Assembly (NCBI GenBank): GCA_951406725.2
Contig: OX597815.1
Location: 70,990,001-71,054,000, forward strand
Origin: Octopus vulgaris
Lineage: Eukaryota
Reading direction: 5' to 3'
DNA length: 64,000 nucleotides
Shown piece by piece: positions 12,171 to 26,879 of this stretch (within the stretch, counting starts at the first letter, position 1; every line of letters starts with the position of its first letter). The position numbers and the translations under genes were made by a program. The notes beneath the pieces were generated by a model. That model was not told the DNA's origin. It saw nothing but the letters and a program-made list of their open reading frames with translations, and did no database searches.

Positions 12171-13926
12171 TAGTAATAACTACGATATGCCAGTTGTGAA
12201 TCATTATGGAAGGCAATGAGGGTAGTATGGATATACATAGACGATGCAATTAATCCTGTGTCTATACATTTCTTATGCTTAGCCGGACTGAGTTGGGGGT
12301 TTTTAAGATGTAGTAGTAGTAGTAGTAGTAGTAATCCGTAGTGTTGCATATGAGTGTGGATGTTAGAGGTGGTTCTTCACACAGTGAAATGGAGCTTAAT
12401 GCGACAACAAACTGTACCCTCGCATGTCTATGTTCAGTTGAAACTTCCAGTATCACTGAGGATTTTTTGAGTTCCTACATTGAACTCGCTAAATTTTTGT
12501 TGTAAATATATGTAGTAGTAGTCAAGACAATCTTTGAAACAGTGTTGTGAACAAAGATTGTCTTGTAGGCTGAAAGTTGAGACGGCCATATTTTCTTTAG
12601 TCATTCCTTTCTTCCAACGCCCTGCATCCTTTCTCTCATTCTGTTAATGGTTCCTTCATACCTCATATTCTGATTTTATCCAAAATGCTTGTTGTTCTCA
12701 CCTAACCACATAGGTTACTGCAAAATTATTTTCTCAGGTTACAAATTTCTTTCTCTTACCTCCGAAAAATGCATGTTTGGACTCATTCAATTTCGTTCCA
12801 ATAGAATATTGGGTTATAGAATACACTTGATTTTTGATGCAATTAATACTTCATCCACACAAGTTGCTTCTGAAGAAGATATACAAATGTTTCTAGATTC
12901 AAGGTCTCTGATTCAGTAAACACGATGTTTTGAGAGCGGGTATGATAAAGAATTTAACGAGAGAATAGGGGGCCGTGTTTAAAAGCTCGCGTCCTCTACG
13001 ATGGAATTCTAACATTGTATGTGTGAAATTTAATTGGCTTATTTTCACCTACCTGATGTAAAGTGTTAGACCATATTTTGGCTAGGTGTTAAATAATAGC
13101 TCACAGTGGTTGTGGAACTTTAGGTAACGTATTTATTTAACACTTTTTTTCTTGTATTATTTTGATCCTTTGTATCTTTCATAAACCCCAACGTTCATTA
13201 TTTCATCCACCTTGGTCAGGTGTTATAATATTGGGTGCATAAATGTACTAGAACTGATAGAAACACTCTGTAGAAGACTGGATAGAAGCACTGCCTAGCA
13301 GATTAGACAGAAGCTTAGATGGTTTGGTTATGTTTTGGAGTAAGAACAGTAAATGCTCCTTGTCAGTTGGATATGTCTAACGTATCTCCCCATTTAACGT
13401 TACCAAATCTAGACAAAAAAGGTCAGATTCAAGTACCAAGACCATATACCAATACTTACAAAACCAAATGTAGTAGTCAAGATAAGCATTGAAATAACAA
13501 TGGCCATATTTCCTTAATCACTCATTTCTGTTCCATTATGTCGTCTGTACCTGGGGATTACCTACACATCCTTTTATTTAGAACTTATTTCAATACTGTA
13601 CCACTTATTATATATTGCTTTTTTTTTGCCTCTTTCTGCTTCTTTCTTCCATCGAGATTTCTTGTTGATTTAATTTCTTGCATTCGAGTAGCGTTCAATT
13701 TGTTCATTTAGTGGGACGCCTTTTACAGAAATTGTGGTGTTTACGTTGAATTTGCAATTTACTAACTTAGTATCTTTGACAAACAGTCTACACGGCAATT
13801 TTCATTTGCAATTCATGACAGTAAGTTCATGTTTCAGCTGATGTTGTTTGGAGTTTATGGTTTCAAATTTATATACGTTTCTATGTATATGTGAATTTGA
13901 GACCTTAAGTGTAATGTATATAGATG

Positions 13927-13996
<70 letters not shown>

Positions 13997-14235
13997 TGCA
14001 TGCGTGTGTGCGTGCGTTCCCGCTCGCTTGTGTGTATGTATGCGTGTATGTGAATATAATATATTTATTGCAGCGATATCCATTTCTGAACATGGTTTGT
14101 CACACACACTATGGTAGAGCATCAGCGACATAAATAATGTGTTAACTAACTACCAAGTGGAAATCAATACCTGAATCCTATCTCATGTATGTATATATGT
14201 TTGTATGTATGCACATATGCATGCATGTATGCATG

Positions 14236-14313
<78 letters not shown>

Positions 14314-14776
14314 TATATATATATATATATATATACATACACATGTTTTGCACGTACATACACATACGCACGCACACACACATTGATATTTATATATATT
14401 TAGAAAAATAAGTGTACGTATAACCGTTAAGTTACTATATTGCTGTACTGAAACCGACTAGACATTCATTGTTCTATTTCATTGATTTCTTTCAAACTCT
14501 TATATTTATAGATGACAAATGAGAATGTGTGATAGTCATGCTTGTCTTAAACCTCATTAATAACGGAAATAAAGTGAAATGAGTGAAAGCTGGAATTGAA
14601 AATAGTCGCAAAATACGTTCACTAAATAGTTCACCAATAAACTGAAGCTCTGTTATACTAAGTTAGGCTATTTTCAATTCTTGACAAATATAGTTTGTGC
14701 ATATAATACTCTCTGCGTTCGATACGAGTCACTTCTTGTGTGGGATTTTGCTCGATTTAACCTTACAGTTACCATG

Positions 14777-14901
14777 TAGGCGTGGCTGCGCGGTTAAGAT
14801 GTTTGCGTGGCACCTTCGGCAAATGTCTCCTATTATAACTCCATGGCGTCCAAAGACTTGTGAATGGATTTGGTAAACGGTAACTGAAAGAAACCTGTCG
14901 T
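14777..14901 (+). mobile_element. SINE family B, partial
   Basis: GGCGTGGCTGCGCGGTTAAG...GGATTTGGTAAACGGTAACTGAAAGAA. Confidence 0.7.
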
Positions 14902-14935
14902 TTAATGTATGTATGTATGTATGTATATATATATA

Positions 14936-14972
<37 letters not shown>

Positions 14973-15336
14973 TAGTAACTAAAGAAACCTCTATAATGTA
15001 TATATATCTATCTATATCTATCTATCTATATATATATATATACACATTATACGACAGGTTTCTTTCAGTTACCCTGTGTGTGTATATGTATATATACACA
15101 CACAATACATAGATCTGTATTCACAATGCATATATATGTATACATACATAAACAGAAAACAGATATATATATTCCAGGTTCCTGCTTGTACTTTTTGGCA
15201 CCCACGTCTTTGTCCACTTCTCATAGTTGTCCAGCTTGCATTTTAGGCCACTATCGACCTCTTCCCCTTCTGGTCAGCATTTGATAACCATCTAACTTTC
15301 TTTTCTCTCCTCGTTTCTTTCTCTCCTTGTCTTTTA

Positions 15337-15370
15337 TTTCTGAAGACGAGCGTATGATTGAAACGTTAAA
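15337..15370 (+). ncRNA. Degenerate minimal hammerhead (family of 7511-7545)
   Basis: TTT-CTGAAGA-C-GAGCGTATGATT-GAAA-CGTT-AAA; helix II weakened. Confidence 0.6.
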
Positions 15371-15429
15371 AAACACTAATGCACTCTTTTTTTGTTACCT
15401 TGTCTACGTGTTTTTCTTTATTTTGCAGC

Positions 15430-15497
<68 letters not shown>

Positions 15498-16837
15498 ACA
15501 CATAAATGCCACACGCATATATATATATACATATATATACGCATATATATATATATATATATACACATATGTATGTTTATTATGCGTGCATGTGTGTTTG
15601 TAGATATGTATATATATGTGTGTGGATGTATGTTTGTGTCTACATGACATCGCGTGATAGTTGTAAATGAGTGTCACTGTCATAGATGCGGTGTCATTCA
15701 TTTCCAGCATTCTCTGAAAATATGTCAGGCCATGGGAAAATATTTCATTGCTTGGAAACAAGCGAGGATTGGCGAGAGGATGGACATCTGGCCATAGAAA
15801 AAAGATCCGCCTAAAAAACACAGTCCGAGCAATGCAATCATGGAAAAGTGGGTGTCAAAACAAAGCTGCGGCCGTTGCCGACAATGACAGCACCGAGGAC
15901 GACGACGACGACGACGATGATTTTTTTTCCCTTACTGATATATATATATTACCTCAGTTTATATTTCTAATTAATGTATTCTGTTTCTTCTTTATTCTAT
16001 ATAATTTTTTTCACTTGATTGTATTTCAATATCAGATTTCATTTATATTTAGCTTACATTATATAATGTTAATTTCTGTACATTGTATCTCTATCTTTTA
16101 TCTTCAGCGTATTGTGTTGTTAACGGTTGTAGCTTGTCTACTTTACTCTCGATATTTTACTTATTGTTTTGATGGTGTTACGTTGTAGCGAGCGATAAAA
16201 AATGGTATTCATGGAAAAAAAAAAAAATCGCAACTTTCGAATTGCGTTTCATCAAATAGGTTCTTGAGTGCTTCATTAACTGGATTCATTAAGTTTCTCT
16301 TATGATTCACCAGAAATTTGGGGTCTAAATATTTTCTTTCATGTTCTGGTATCGTTTCAACATCTGCATAATTTTATTTTATGATTTCTGTATCACTTTA
16401 TCTGCTCGACTCTGGTTTGCGTCGTGTTATCTGCCGTTGTTCTTTCTCTTATTGTATGGGCAACAATATCTGTGTATTTGTATTTATAGTATCTTTGTAG
16501 TATGTTTGTAGTTAATATTGTGTTTCCTCTTTTTTTTCGAGTTTAAATAGAATTGTCTGTGGGTTTTCTTATTTGTCCCCACTCTTTCATCTCTACAACA
16601 ATCTACGTTTTCATGTTATATTTACTATTCTTTAGTTTTATCACATTCAAAAGCGATATCAAGTTAGCGTTCCGAGTTTTCTCGATCTTTCTACATAAGA
16701 TATTTCTTAATTTTGTTATATTGTTACATAAATTAATTTATCTTGAACCCAGCTTAGTTTCTTGATGGCATAGAGTGGATGCAATCAATTTAGTTTGTCG
16801 ATAACACAGGGTTACACACACACACGCACGTACACAA

Positions 16838-16876
<39 letters not shown>

Positions 16877-17074
16877 CACACGCACACACACAAACGGGCA
16901 CACACATATATATATAACCCTACATATGTGTGAGTATATACTTATATATATATGTATATGTGTACATGTGTGTATATCTATCTTTCAGTTCCTCTCTGTT
17001 TATCTGGTTATCTATCAATCTCTATCTGTCTGTCAGCCTCTCTGAATTTCTCTCTCTCTCACTCTCACTCTCTC

Positions 17075-17514
17075 TTCTGGAAGGCTTAAGACCTAACTTC
17101 AGCATTAAGAGTTTTACAACTAACCGTACATGGAGCCATTGCGTAGTTCTCACTCGAATGTGCTCGGGGTTCAAAAGCTAACAGTTCTTCAACGCTCTGC
17201 CAAAAGAATTAAGAAACCTACAGAACGTGGGTGTGGGTGTCTTCAAAAATAATTTGGACTGCCCCCTATCCATGATACCAGTGGAACCAACGTCCTGACA
17301 TGAAGTACAGACAGGGATGGCAGTATCAAACTCCTTCTTAAACTAAATGAGCCAACAATTAAGAAAAAAAGCACATACAAGAGTGCTGATATGAAATCCA
17401 ACCACCCACAAGAAAGCAACCACATAAGGTAGGTGTAGAAAGAGTTCAAAGTTACGGTTGAGTTCCAGCATGATCGCATCCGCATAACTGAAGGATTTAA
17501 ATGAGATAAAAGAG

Positions 17515-17515
<1 letters not shown>
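17075..17515 (+). mobile_element. CR1/L2-like LINE 3' fragment
   Basis: LEGLRPNFSI...FFNALPKELRNLQNVGVGVFKNNLD...IPVEP...SNS resembles the CR1-group ORF2 C-terminus; contains stops. Confidence 0.7.
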
Positions 17516-17564
<49 letters not shown>

Positions 17565-17715
17565 CAATAATAATAAAGGGTAAAATTAATTAATTAATTA
17601 ATTAAGAATTAATAATTTTACTAAGTAGTTCGGCATGTTAAAAGAACCATTATCGGTAAACTTAAACAAAAATTCTTATAATTATGAGTATAATTATAAT
17701 TAGGGTTCAGCAAAA

Positions 17716-17897
17716 AATTTGCTTCATCACATACCGAAATTTAGAAATAGCAACCAAAACTAGCTATTTCTCTACCATAAGAAAACCTCACAGGAACAAT
17801 ACTCAACAACCCACGTAGGTAAAGAGATGTTCTTATGGTAGAGAAATAGCTAGTTTTGGCTACTATTTCTAAATTTCAGTATGTGGTGAAGCAAATT
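17716..17897. repeat. Inverted repeat, 68-bp arms, 46-bp spacer
   Basis: 17716-17783 is the near-perfect reverse complement of 17830-17897. Confidence 0.9.
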
Positions 17898-17968
17898 GAT
17901 GTCCTGTACCCATATATGCATGTATATATACATATATATGTAGGTATGTACATATATGTATGTATATA

Positions 17969-18000
<32 letters not shown>

Positions 18001-18011
<11 letters not shown>

Positions 18012-18793
18012 GGCAGTTTGTCTGTCTGTGTGTATGTGTGTCTGTCAGGTTGTACCCTCACCCTGACCACGGCTTTCCACCGATTCTGACGAAACTTGAC
18101 ACACACATAGCCCAATGTCATAATTCAAAACTAACGCAGCGAAAATTTTGAAAAGTTCTCCCAGTTCTGAAAAAAAATCGATAAATTCGACATGGGTCGA
18201 GAATCTAAGCTTTTTATATGCAACACATTTTCTACAGACTATCTAGGGGACGCAACTCGACCTTTTTAACTCTCGGAACACGTGGGGTAAGTATCCCAAA
18301 ATGTATAAAAATGTACAAAAACGGCAAAAAAGCAGGCAGCAATGTGAGTGACAACAAAGTCAAAAGTGACCAAATTGAACAAACGAATGGAAAAGGTTTT
18401 TTGATGCACACGACAAAAGCGGTTTATAATAAACCAAGAGTTTGCAAGCAGCGTCCGAGGAGCCTTAGGGTACGTCAAAAATTTAAGGTAAAACGTTTGG
18501 GGTGGTAGTTATAAAGAAAGTGTAAACAAAAAAAGTATTCGAATAACTTGCGGCTGCAGCAGCTATTAGCAGAGTGGCGGTGTTGAGGGTAAAGTCTCGA
18601 ATGTAATTTCTTCCTGGTAGGAATTGGTTGGGTTGAATTATCGATAGCTGTTTGATAGTTATTTGGGAGTGAAGAGAAGACATTGCAACCTACACATGCG
18701 CCTTCGTTCCCTAGAGGGAAAGGACTAGATTGGGATTAGTCGTTGCCTACTAGGGGCTCTTACATACCCGGGCAACGCCGGGCTATGCTGCTA

Positions 18794-18794
<1 letters not shown>
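18001..18794 (+). mobile_element. Non-autonomous Helitron (same head as 61199-61582, longer interior)
   Basis: About 200 bp near-identical to the 61.2-kb copy; 3' CCCGGGCAACGCCGGG hairpin then CTAG|T; embedded in (TA)n. Confidence 0.85.
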
Positions 18795-18860
<66 letters not shown>

Positions 18861-19553
18861 TACATACATACATACATACATACATACATACATACATACA
18901 TACATACAAACATACATACATACATACATCCGTGTATGTATTAATGTATTCTTTTCCTTTGATACGATCAATACACAATGTTTGTAAAATATAAGGATTT
19001 TGAGGATCGCATTTGGTTTTCGAAAGAGGGCCGATGTGAAAGATCAGAGAAGCCAATTCTTGCAAAATTCTTATCGGCTGTTGACAGTAAATTTAAATAG
19101 TTAGATGAGAACTGCCTTCACAATCTCTAAGTTATCGACATTTTGGTTTAAAGCTGTTGTTACATTCTGGCAGCAATAATCGGAACTACAGATCAAAATA
19201 TCAGGGACCCCAGTTAACCTAGGCACTCCTATTGGCACTGTGATCCAAAATAGGATCCCACTTTCTCCACACATTACGCACACGCTATTTCTACTTAAAT
19301 AAACAGGCAAAGAAACTTTACGAACATAGTGCGATAGAAATTATCACCGTATTATCAAAAACGCTATAATTATATCACTCATAAGCAAACTCAGAACGAT
19401 GGTAAATACTACCATAACATCCTACATGCTTTATCTATTGCAACCTTATTATCCTTGCACAATGGAAAATATCACCAAATACATTTGCGTGTATCTATCC
19501 ATGTATACATGAACAGAAGCTTTGATATGCTGAAACATATCTCTCCAGTTCAC

Positions 19554-19592
19554 TTCACTAATGACGAACTCCTTTAGTTCGAAATATCAGAA
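19554..19592 (+). ncRNA. Degenerate minimal hammerhead
   Basis: CTAATGA-C-GAACT-CCTTT-AGTTC-GAAA-TA-TC-AGAA; perfect 5-bp helix II, core G5A substitution. Confidence 0.55.
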
Positions 19593-19688
19593 TTATTCAA
19601 TGATTTCAGATAAAGGTTTAGTATTTCTTATTTTAAAATTTATTTTTTTCATAACTGTATTGCCGGGCCTTTTAAATCCTTGAATGAA

Positions 19689-20215
<527 letters not shown>

Positions 20216-20757
20216 AGTACGTACGTAGTACCTGTCTGCCTACCTACCTGTATATGTATGTGTGTACATGCCCTCATATGCATTACATACGTTACATATA
20301 TATAGAATATATATGCCTGTATATGCACGCACACACGCATACACACACACACATGCCAGATACTCCCTTACTCTAATACACACATACGTATTAGTAATAG
20401 GAACAAAAATTTCGTGGTTGTAATGAGAATGTTTCTCTGTAAAAGAGTTTAACAAAGAACTCGATGGAATAGAAAAAAGAAATTCAAACTTCGCAGTGAT
20501 AATATATAAATGTATTAAGATAACTGGAACAGGACGATACAGGAAAAATATATCATGCTACGTATACTAAAATAAGCATACATATTCCTGTCTTTCCCCT
20601 CGATAAGGATCTATTTTGCGAGTAGAAATATATATATAAAATTATATAGACACACCAGGCTTTCGTTAGCAAGCAAGTGATAGGGAAAACAGCATGTGAT
20701 TGCCACTGGTTTTCATACAAATCTTCCCACAATTTTTACAAGTAGACGCACACACAA

Positions 20758-20844
<87 letters not shown>

Positions 20845-21161
20845 TATATATATATGTTCATTAACACACACACACACACACACAAACATATGTTCATTAA
20901 CACACGCATATACACACGTAAGTATATATGCATGTAAGAATACATGTGCATTGCACGCGAAGCAACAATAGAGGAATGAATTTTACTTAATAAATGTATG
21001 CTATTTTATGATGTATGTAAAAGTTCTTAACGCTTCCGTTATACATACATGTATACATACATACACATACGCGCATATTTTATTATTCATAATAAAAAGA
21101 ATATATATACTCAGGTTTTGAGTTCTACTTGTCTAAACCTTATATATATATAGTGATATGC

Positions 21162-21214
<53 letters not shown>

Positions 21215-21228
21215 CATACATGCATGCG

Positions 21229-21301
<73 letters not shown>

Positions 21302-21777
21302 GTATGTATATATATATTTTTATACACTGCAATTGTAAACAATTTTAAATCGAAACCACACAGATCTTTTGATTCCAGTGAAAACATTCTACCATTCACA
21401 TTTCTGCTGAATTGTTAGTCACTTCTCCACAGAATTCCTTCCTTTTTATTTGTTTGTATTTACAAATTCACAATGTGCTGACAGCCATCTTAGTGTTTGA
21501 TTTATTCTCTACATGGTTGTTTACGTGCATGTCTCTGGCGGAAGTCACATATGAAATGGTGCACGTATGCGTGCATGTGTGTGTGTGTGTGGTGTCTGTG
21601 TGTATTATGATTTGTCTGTGTGTCTGTCTGTATGTGTTTATGTCTCTATATTCACAAATATACATGTATTTATGTGTGTATATTCTCATATACATGTGTA
21701 TTTGTGAGTGCAATATTCACATTTGTTTTTGTGTCGATATTCACATATATACATAAATATATACATGTATTTACACA

Positions 21778-21827
<50 letters not shown>

Positions 21828-22319
21828 TATGTATTTATGCATGTATGTCCACATATATACATGCAGCTGTTTCCTTTTCAATGCATGCCAATAAAACGGT
21901 AAGAAGAATCATAGCAATAATGTTAGCTTTTTGCTCTTTTAATTGGTTACAACCATATGGCGGCGCCCACACTGGCGCACTGTCTTATCAACCATTGCGA
22001 AATTATTTATTAATCACGGTTGTACGTTCTCTCTAAATCGAATTCTCTCCAAGCAATTAATTGCTTATTGAGATCATCGCATTTACATGCGAACAAACGA
22101 AGCTTTATGTGCTCTACGTTGTGTCTCGACCTGCTAGATAAAGTAATCGAATTTTCTCAAATTCAACGAAACATTAAAAAAATACATTTATTGGATAATG
22201 TGCACCTAGATACGTTATGTCTGAAAATAGATTGGACAGTGGTAGCTCTAACACGTTTGATCAGAGACTGGCTTCAATCTGGAATGTCCTGGAGTTCGGA
22301 TGGGGGTTAAACTGCACCT

Positions 22320-22740
22320 GCCTTTGTCTTGTTACTTGTTTCAGTCATTAAACTGTAGCCATGCTGGAGCACTGCTATGAAGGGTTTTAATCAAACATAA
22401 TCGCCCCTAGTACTTAATGCTTTTTTAAAATCTACTGCTTAACCTATAGGTTTCTTTTACCGAACTGCTAAGTTACGAGTACGTAAACAAACCAACTCCG
22501 GCTGTCAAGCGGTGATGGGAGGGGGATCAAAAGAGAGACGTTACATACAAACACACACATACACACACACATATTTATACAATGGGCTTCTTTCAGTTTC
22601 TGTCGATCATATTCACTCACAAGGCATTGGCCAGCCCAATGTTATTGTAGAGGAACTTGCCCAAAGAGTCATGCGGTGGGGCTGAATACAAAAGCCCGTG
22701 ATTGCAAAACAAGCTTCTTAGAGACACAGCTATTCCTTCG
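22320..22740 (-). mobile_element. SINE family B, diverged
   Basis: Homologous to 6983-7395. Confidence 0.8.
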
Positions 22741-23227
22741 CAAAAACTGTAACATTGCCAGCGGGTTTTGAAGGCCCTAACCTTTGTAAACTATAAAGGC
22801 TTCATCAGTTAATAGTAATAATTAAAATGAACTGCTGCATGACTTTAAAAGGGTGTTTCGTGTGTCCGAATCTTTCATTTTTTCTTTCCGTGAAAATTTA
22901 GGTGTTACCAGTGAGGAGCGCGGGGGAAGATTTCATCACTTGGCAACACCGATTCTTAAGCAGTGGGAGAAGGACAAATACACACATACACACATACACA
23001 CACACCACGCACACACCACACACACACACACACACACGCATATACACATGACGGTCTTCCACACTGTTTTCATCGACAAATTCGTACGCAAATCCAGTGA
23101 CTAAACCAAGCAAAATGTAAATGAAGAGAGAAAGAGAGAGGGAGAGAGAGAGGGAGAGAAAGAGAGAGAGAGAAAGAGAGAGGGAGGATGACAGACAGAC
23201 AGAGACAATGGCAGAGACAAAGAGATG

Positions 23228-23287
<60 letters not shown>

Positions 23288-23912
23288 TAGCGAGATAGAA
23301 AGAGGCAGACAGACAGACAGACAAAGATAGAGGGAGAAAGAGAGAGAGAGAGAGAGAGAAATATTATCTTAACTGTAAATGACAAATTCTGAAGTAATTA
23401 TTCCCTCCAAATAAGAAAAAGCTACAAAAACAGCACAATAAACCAACAAAGATGGTGGTATCATTTTTTGAAAGCGAACGTTTAGAAGCGAAACAGTTTT
23501 AGCGTTATATAAGATATAAATATAAAACCTTTAACCCTAAAAAATGTTTCATATGGAAAAAAGTAGATGACCTTTAATGAAAATATAGAAAAGCTGAGCG
23601 ATCAATCAAACATCTTCTGCAGAGAGATTTATTATTTTAAAATATGTACCAGAAATTCTGGAACGTACCAGCACAAGAATAAGTCCTAAAATCCATTGAT
23701 TTTCGGCAACTCTATCAGCAATTCTAAAGTAAATTATAGTTAATTCATTCTCCTTCTTTATTAATTATTGTAATTCGCCCCACTTCTTAAAAATCCGTTA
23801 AAATTCGTTTAATTATTATTGTTATTATTTTTATAAATTTGGATTTAATTACAATAGAGGTGTTGATAGCTTTTATAAATAAGGGGTACATTTTCGATAT
23901 TAGTCAAGTTGA

Positions 23913-24093
23913 AGGCGGCGAGCTGGCAGAGTCGTTAACAAGCTGGGCAAAATGTTAAGCCGACGTTTTGTCCGTCTTCACGTTATGGGTTCAAATTCCG
24001 CTGAGGCCGACTTTGCCTTTCATCTTGAACACTGGGGGTCGATGTAGTCGACTTATCCCTTCCCTCGAAATTGCTGGCCTTGCGCCAAAATTT
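23913..24093 (+). mobile_element. SINE family A
   Basis: GGCGGCGAGCTGGCAGA...GGGTTCAAATTCC...GCCTTTCATC. Confidence 0.85.
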
Positions 24094-25003
24094 GGAATCA
24101 ATATTAGTCGAGCTATGTTGTTTATCAATAAAAAGGTCGGTTATGTTCAAAAGGTTGTCTTGCTTTACGGGAAAACACCAACGCTTCAAGTTAACAATTC
24201 TTTGTATTATCACTCGAAGACTGCATAATTTAATCTCAAAATACGATATATTCGTTTAGCAGCTGATAATAATTTTCAATTTACTACAAGTTTTGAACAA
24301 AAAAAAAAAACCATCTAAAATTTTTACCATTGCTGACCAAAAGATAGACAAAAAGACTTCTCACTAGGATTTGCTGAATCTTAAATAATTACATTCTTAT
24401 ACCTTACATAGATATTCAATGACTACATACCAATGACGATGATGCCTTTCTGCTGCAGACCCAAAGCCTGAAATTTTGGGGGAGGGGCTAGTCGATTACT
24501 TATTTTATCAACATCGAAAGGATGAAAGGATGAAAGTAATAGTAATAATAATCCTTTCTACTAAAGGCACAAGGCTTGAAATTTGGGTGGAGGGGACTAG
24601 TCGATAATTAGTCGATTTTGTATTAATCATTATATAATGCAGCGGTTGTTAACATGGGTGGTAGTACCATTTTGAGAGCATTGTGAGATCACAAGGGGAT
24701 GGCAAATGTCAAGGGAGTGCTTTGGGAGTTGCTGGGTGTCTATAGGAGTTATGACTTTGTATTAAAAACAAATTAAACCAAGTATAATACTTTTATTTCA
24801 AACAAATCTAAAAAAATGCAAAGGGATCTTAGTTAAGATTAGAGTATGAGTTGGAAGCTTTGTTTCCATCTCTAAGAGTCTAATGCTCACAATTTCTTTA
24901 TTTTGGATCTAAATTAGAAAATATGATTATTGCTTATCAAAATTAATCAAAAGAATATTTTTGTTTTACTACTTGAACGTTAATTTTCAACATTTTTTTA
25001 TGT

Positions 25004-25290
25004 GAAGGCGCTTGGGTTAGTGGTTAGTGGTTAGGGATATCGCACTTATATTTGTTTAAGTGTGGTTTCGAATCCCGGCCCAGACAGTCCGTTGTGTTGT
25101 GCTATTGAGTAAAACTCTTCATTTCACGTTGCTCCAGTTCATTCATCTGTGAATGAGTTTCAGAAACAACTGGGAAAGTCAACCCCGCGATAGACTGGCT
25201 CCCGTTCAGCGGGGAATATTGTGATCTCAGTCACTTAATTGCCATGGAACCGGGTTCATCTCCGGCCTTATGAATCCGACATCGTGAGAG
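25004..25290 (+). mobile_element. tRNA-derived SINE family D
   Basis: GAAGGCGC...AGTGGTTAG...GGTTTCGAATCCC...CTTCATTTCACGTTGCTCCAG; copies at 36258 and 46199. Confidence 0.75.
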
Positions 25291-25299
25291 GCCTAAAGT

Positions 25300-25460
25300 C
25301 TAGGTTATATGAAGCTCGTTTTGCAGCTATGCGGTTTCGAGTTCAGTCCGACTGCATCACAGCTTGGGCAAATGTCTTCTACTATGGTCTCTGGGCCGAC
25401 CAATGCTTCATGAGTGGACCTAGTAGACGGAAACTGTGAAGGCCCGTTTTATGTATGTAT

Positions 25461-25519
<59 letters not shown>

Positions 25520-25762
25520 AATGAGTGTGTGCGTGGGTATGTATGTGTGTGCTTGTCCACCCCCATCGCACGATAGCCGGTGCTGGTTTGTTTACGTCCC
25601 CGTAACTTAGCAATTCGTCACAAGGGACCGATAGAATAAGTACCAGATTTTTAAGAAATTAAATTCTGGGGTCATTCTGTTTGACTAAACTCTTCAAGGC
25701 AGTGCCCCAGCATGGCTGAAGTTGAATGAGTGAAAAAAAGTAACAGCTAAAAATGATAAAAG
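25300..25762 (+). mobile_element. SINE family B
   Basis: Head, internal TA/TG microsatellite and GTGCCCCAGCATGG tail. Confidence 0.8.
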
Positions 25763-25764
25763 AT

Positions 25765-26875
25765 AACTACGCCATGTTATGAGATTCCTATAATTATCAC
25801 CTTTTCGAATCCTTAGAAACTCACGAATTACACCACAAAATGCACATCATATTTCTTTCTTGATTCTCTTAACATTTCTTTCTTTCATTTTTTTTCTTTT
25901 TTTACTTCAAAATCATATTCACTTGAGATTCAACAAGCATAACCACCTTTGATTTGTCATCAAAGAAACTTGGAAACATAAAATGGATTTCTTGAAAAAT
26001 TTCTCCAAAGTTTAAGGCCTTCACTAGCTGTTTTATGGATCCCAGTTTTATATGAAGTAGGAGTAACAAAACGTTTTTAGACTCTATAATAGGCTGCCTT
26101 GCAGCAGTTAATCTTTCTGGTTGTAATTTATGCCTTGGAGGCCAACATTCTTACTGTTCCATAAACAAAAGAAACACAAATGTTGTCTATTCATCCTGAA
26201 AGCGAAAAAATAAAGGCATGCATCTTGAAATCCCCATATACATGCTACTCACTTTCTGCGTAGCTGATTTGGACAAATAGCTGTTTAACATTGCCATCAA
26301 CTTCTTTCATTTGTACCGAAAGTTCAAGTGGAAGATATTACGATTGTTCCCAAACAGCTTCAAACTAACAACAGTAAGACAAACCATTGTTTAACATTTT
26401 TGTTGATTTCTTTCAGTTGTTCAAGAAATAGATATCGTGATCGTTCACAAATAGTTTCATCTCAACAAGAGTTGGGATTGTTTTATCCATGCATGATTTT
26501 GTAGAAATGCAGATCTCCACTAACATCAAAGTAAACTGCAAATTCTGCACGCTTTTTCCCGTACACAGTAGTTCTGCAATTTTCTCTTGTTAAATTTTAT
26601 TTTATATTTGGATGTTGAAGATCTTACCTTTATTTTTTTGTACTTTGTAACATCATGTATATAGAAAAAACTGTCATTGTGGTAACTGTTCGGCTCTGTT
26701 CGTATTCTGACAATAGCAATGAGTATAACCCTTGTGTAAGTGATCTGTTTAGAAAAATACAAATCCTATTTCAAGACGGCCTCACCCATATGTGCAACTT
26801 GACTTGCCCAAAAGAGACCTCCTTTAGTAGTGTTTATAAGTATAGCCCCTACAATTCAGTAGATAATTATTTCTA
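25765..26875 (-). pseudogene. Chapaev3-like (CMC) transposase relic
   Basis: Minus strand WPPRHKLQP...NVLLLLLHIKLGSIKQLVKAL, MKEVDGNVKQLF...YGDFK and RTEPNSYHNDSFF echo the PPLHIKLG, GDLK and WREPxxHxxDCYFC motifs; many stops. Confidence 0.75.
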
Positions 26876-26879
26876 ATTT

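Noticed and set aside
12600-13700. Possible decayed L1-type RT on the minus strand
   Set aside because: Only faint echoes (CVDEV for YADD); too degenerate to call.
22755-22810. CTGATGA on the minus strand (also CTGAGGA near 3654 and 42218)
   Set aside because: The GAAA and NUH halves are missing or mutated, so not counted as ribozymes.
24640-24990. hAT-like terminus CAGCGGTTGTTAAC (also CAGGGCCG at 60071)
   Set aside because: No matching second TIR or TSD found.
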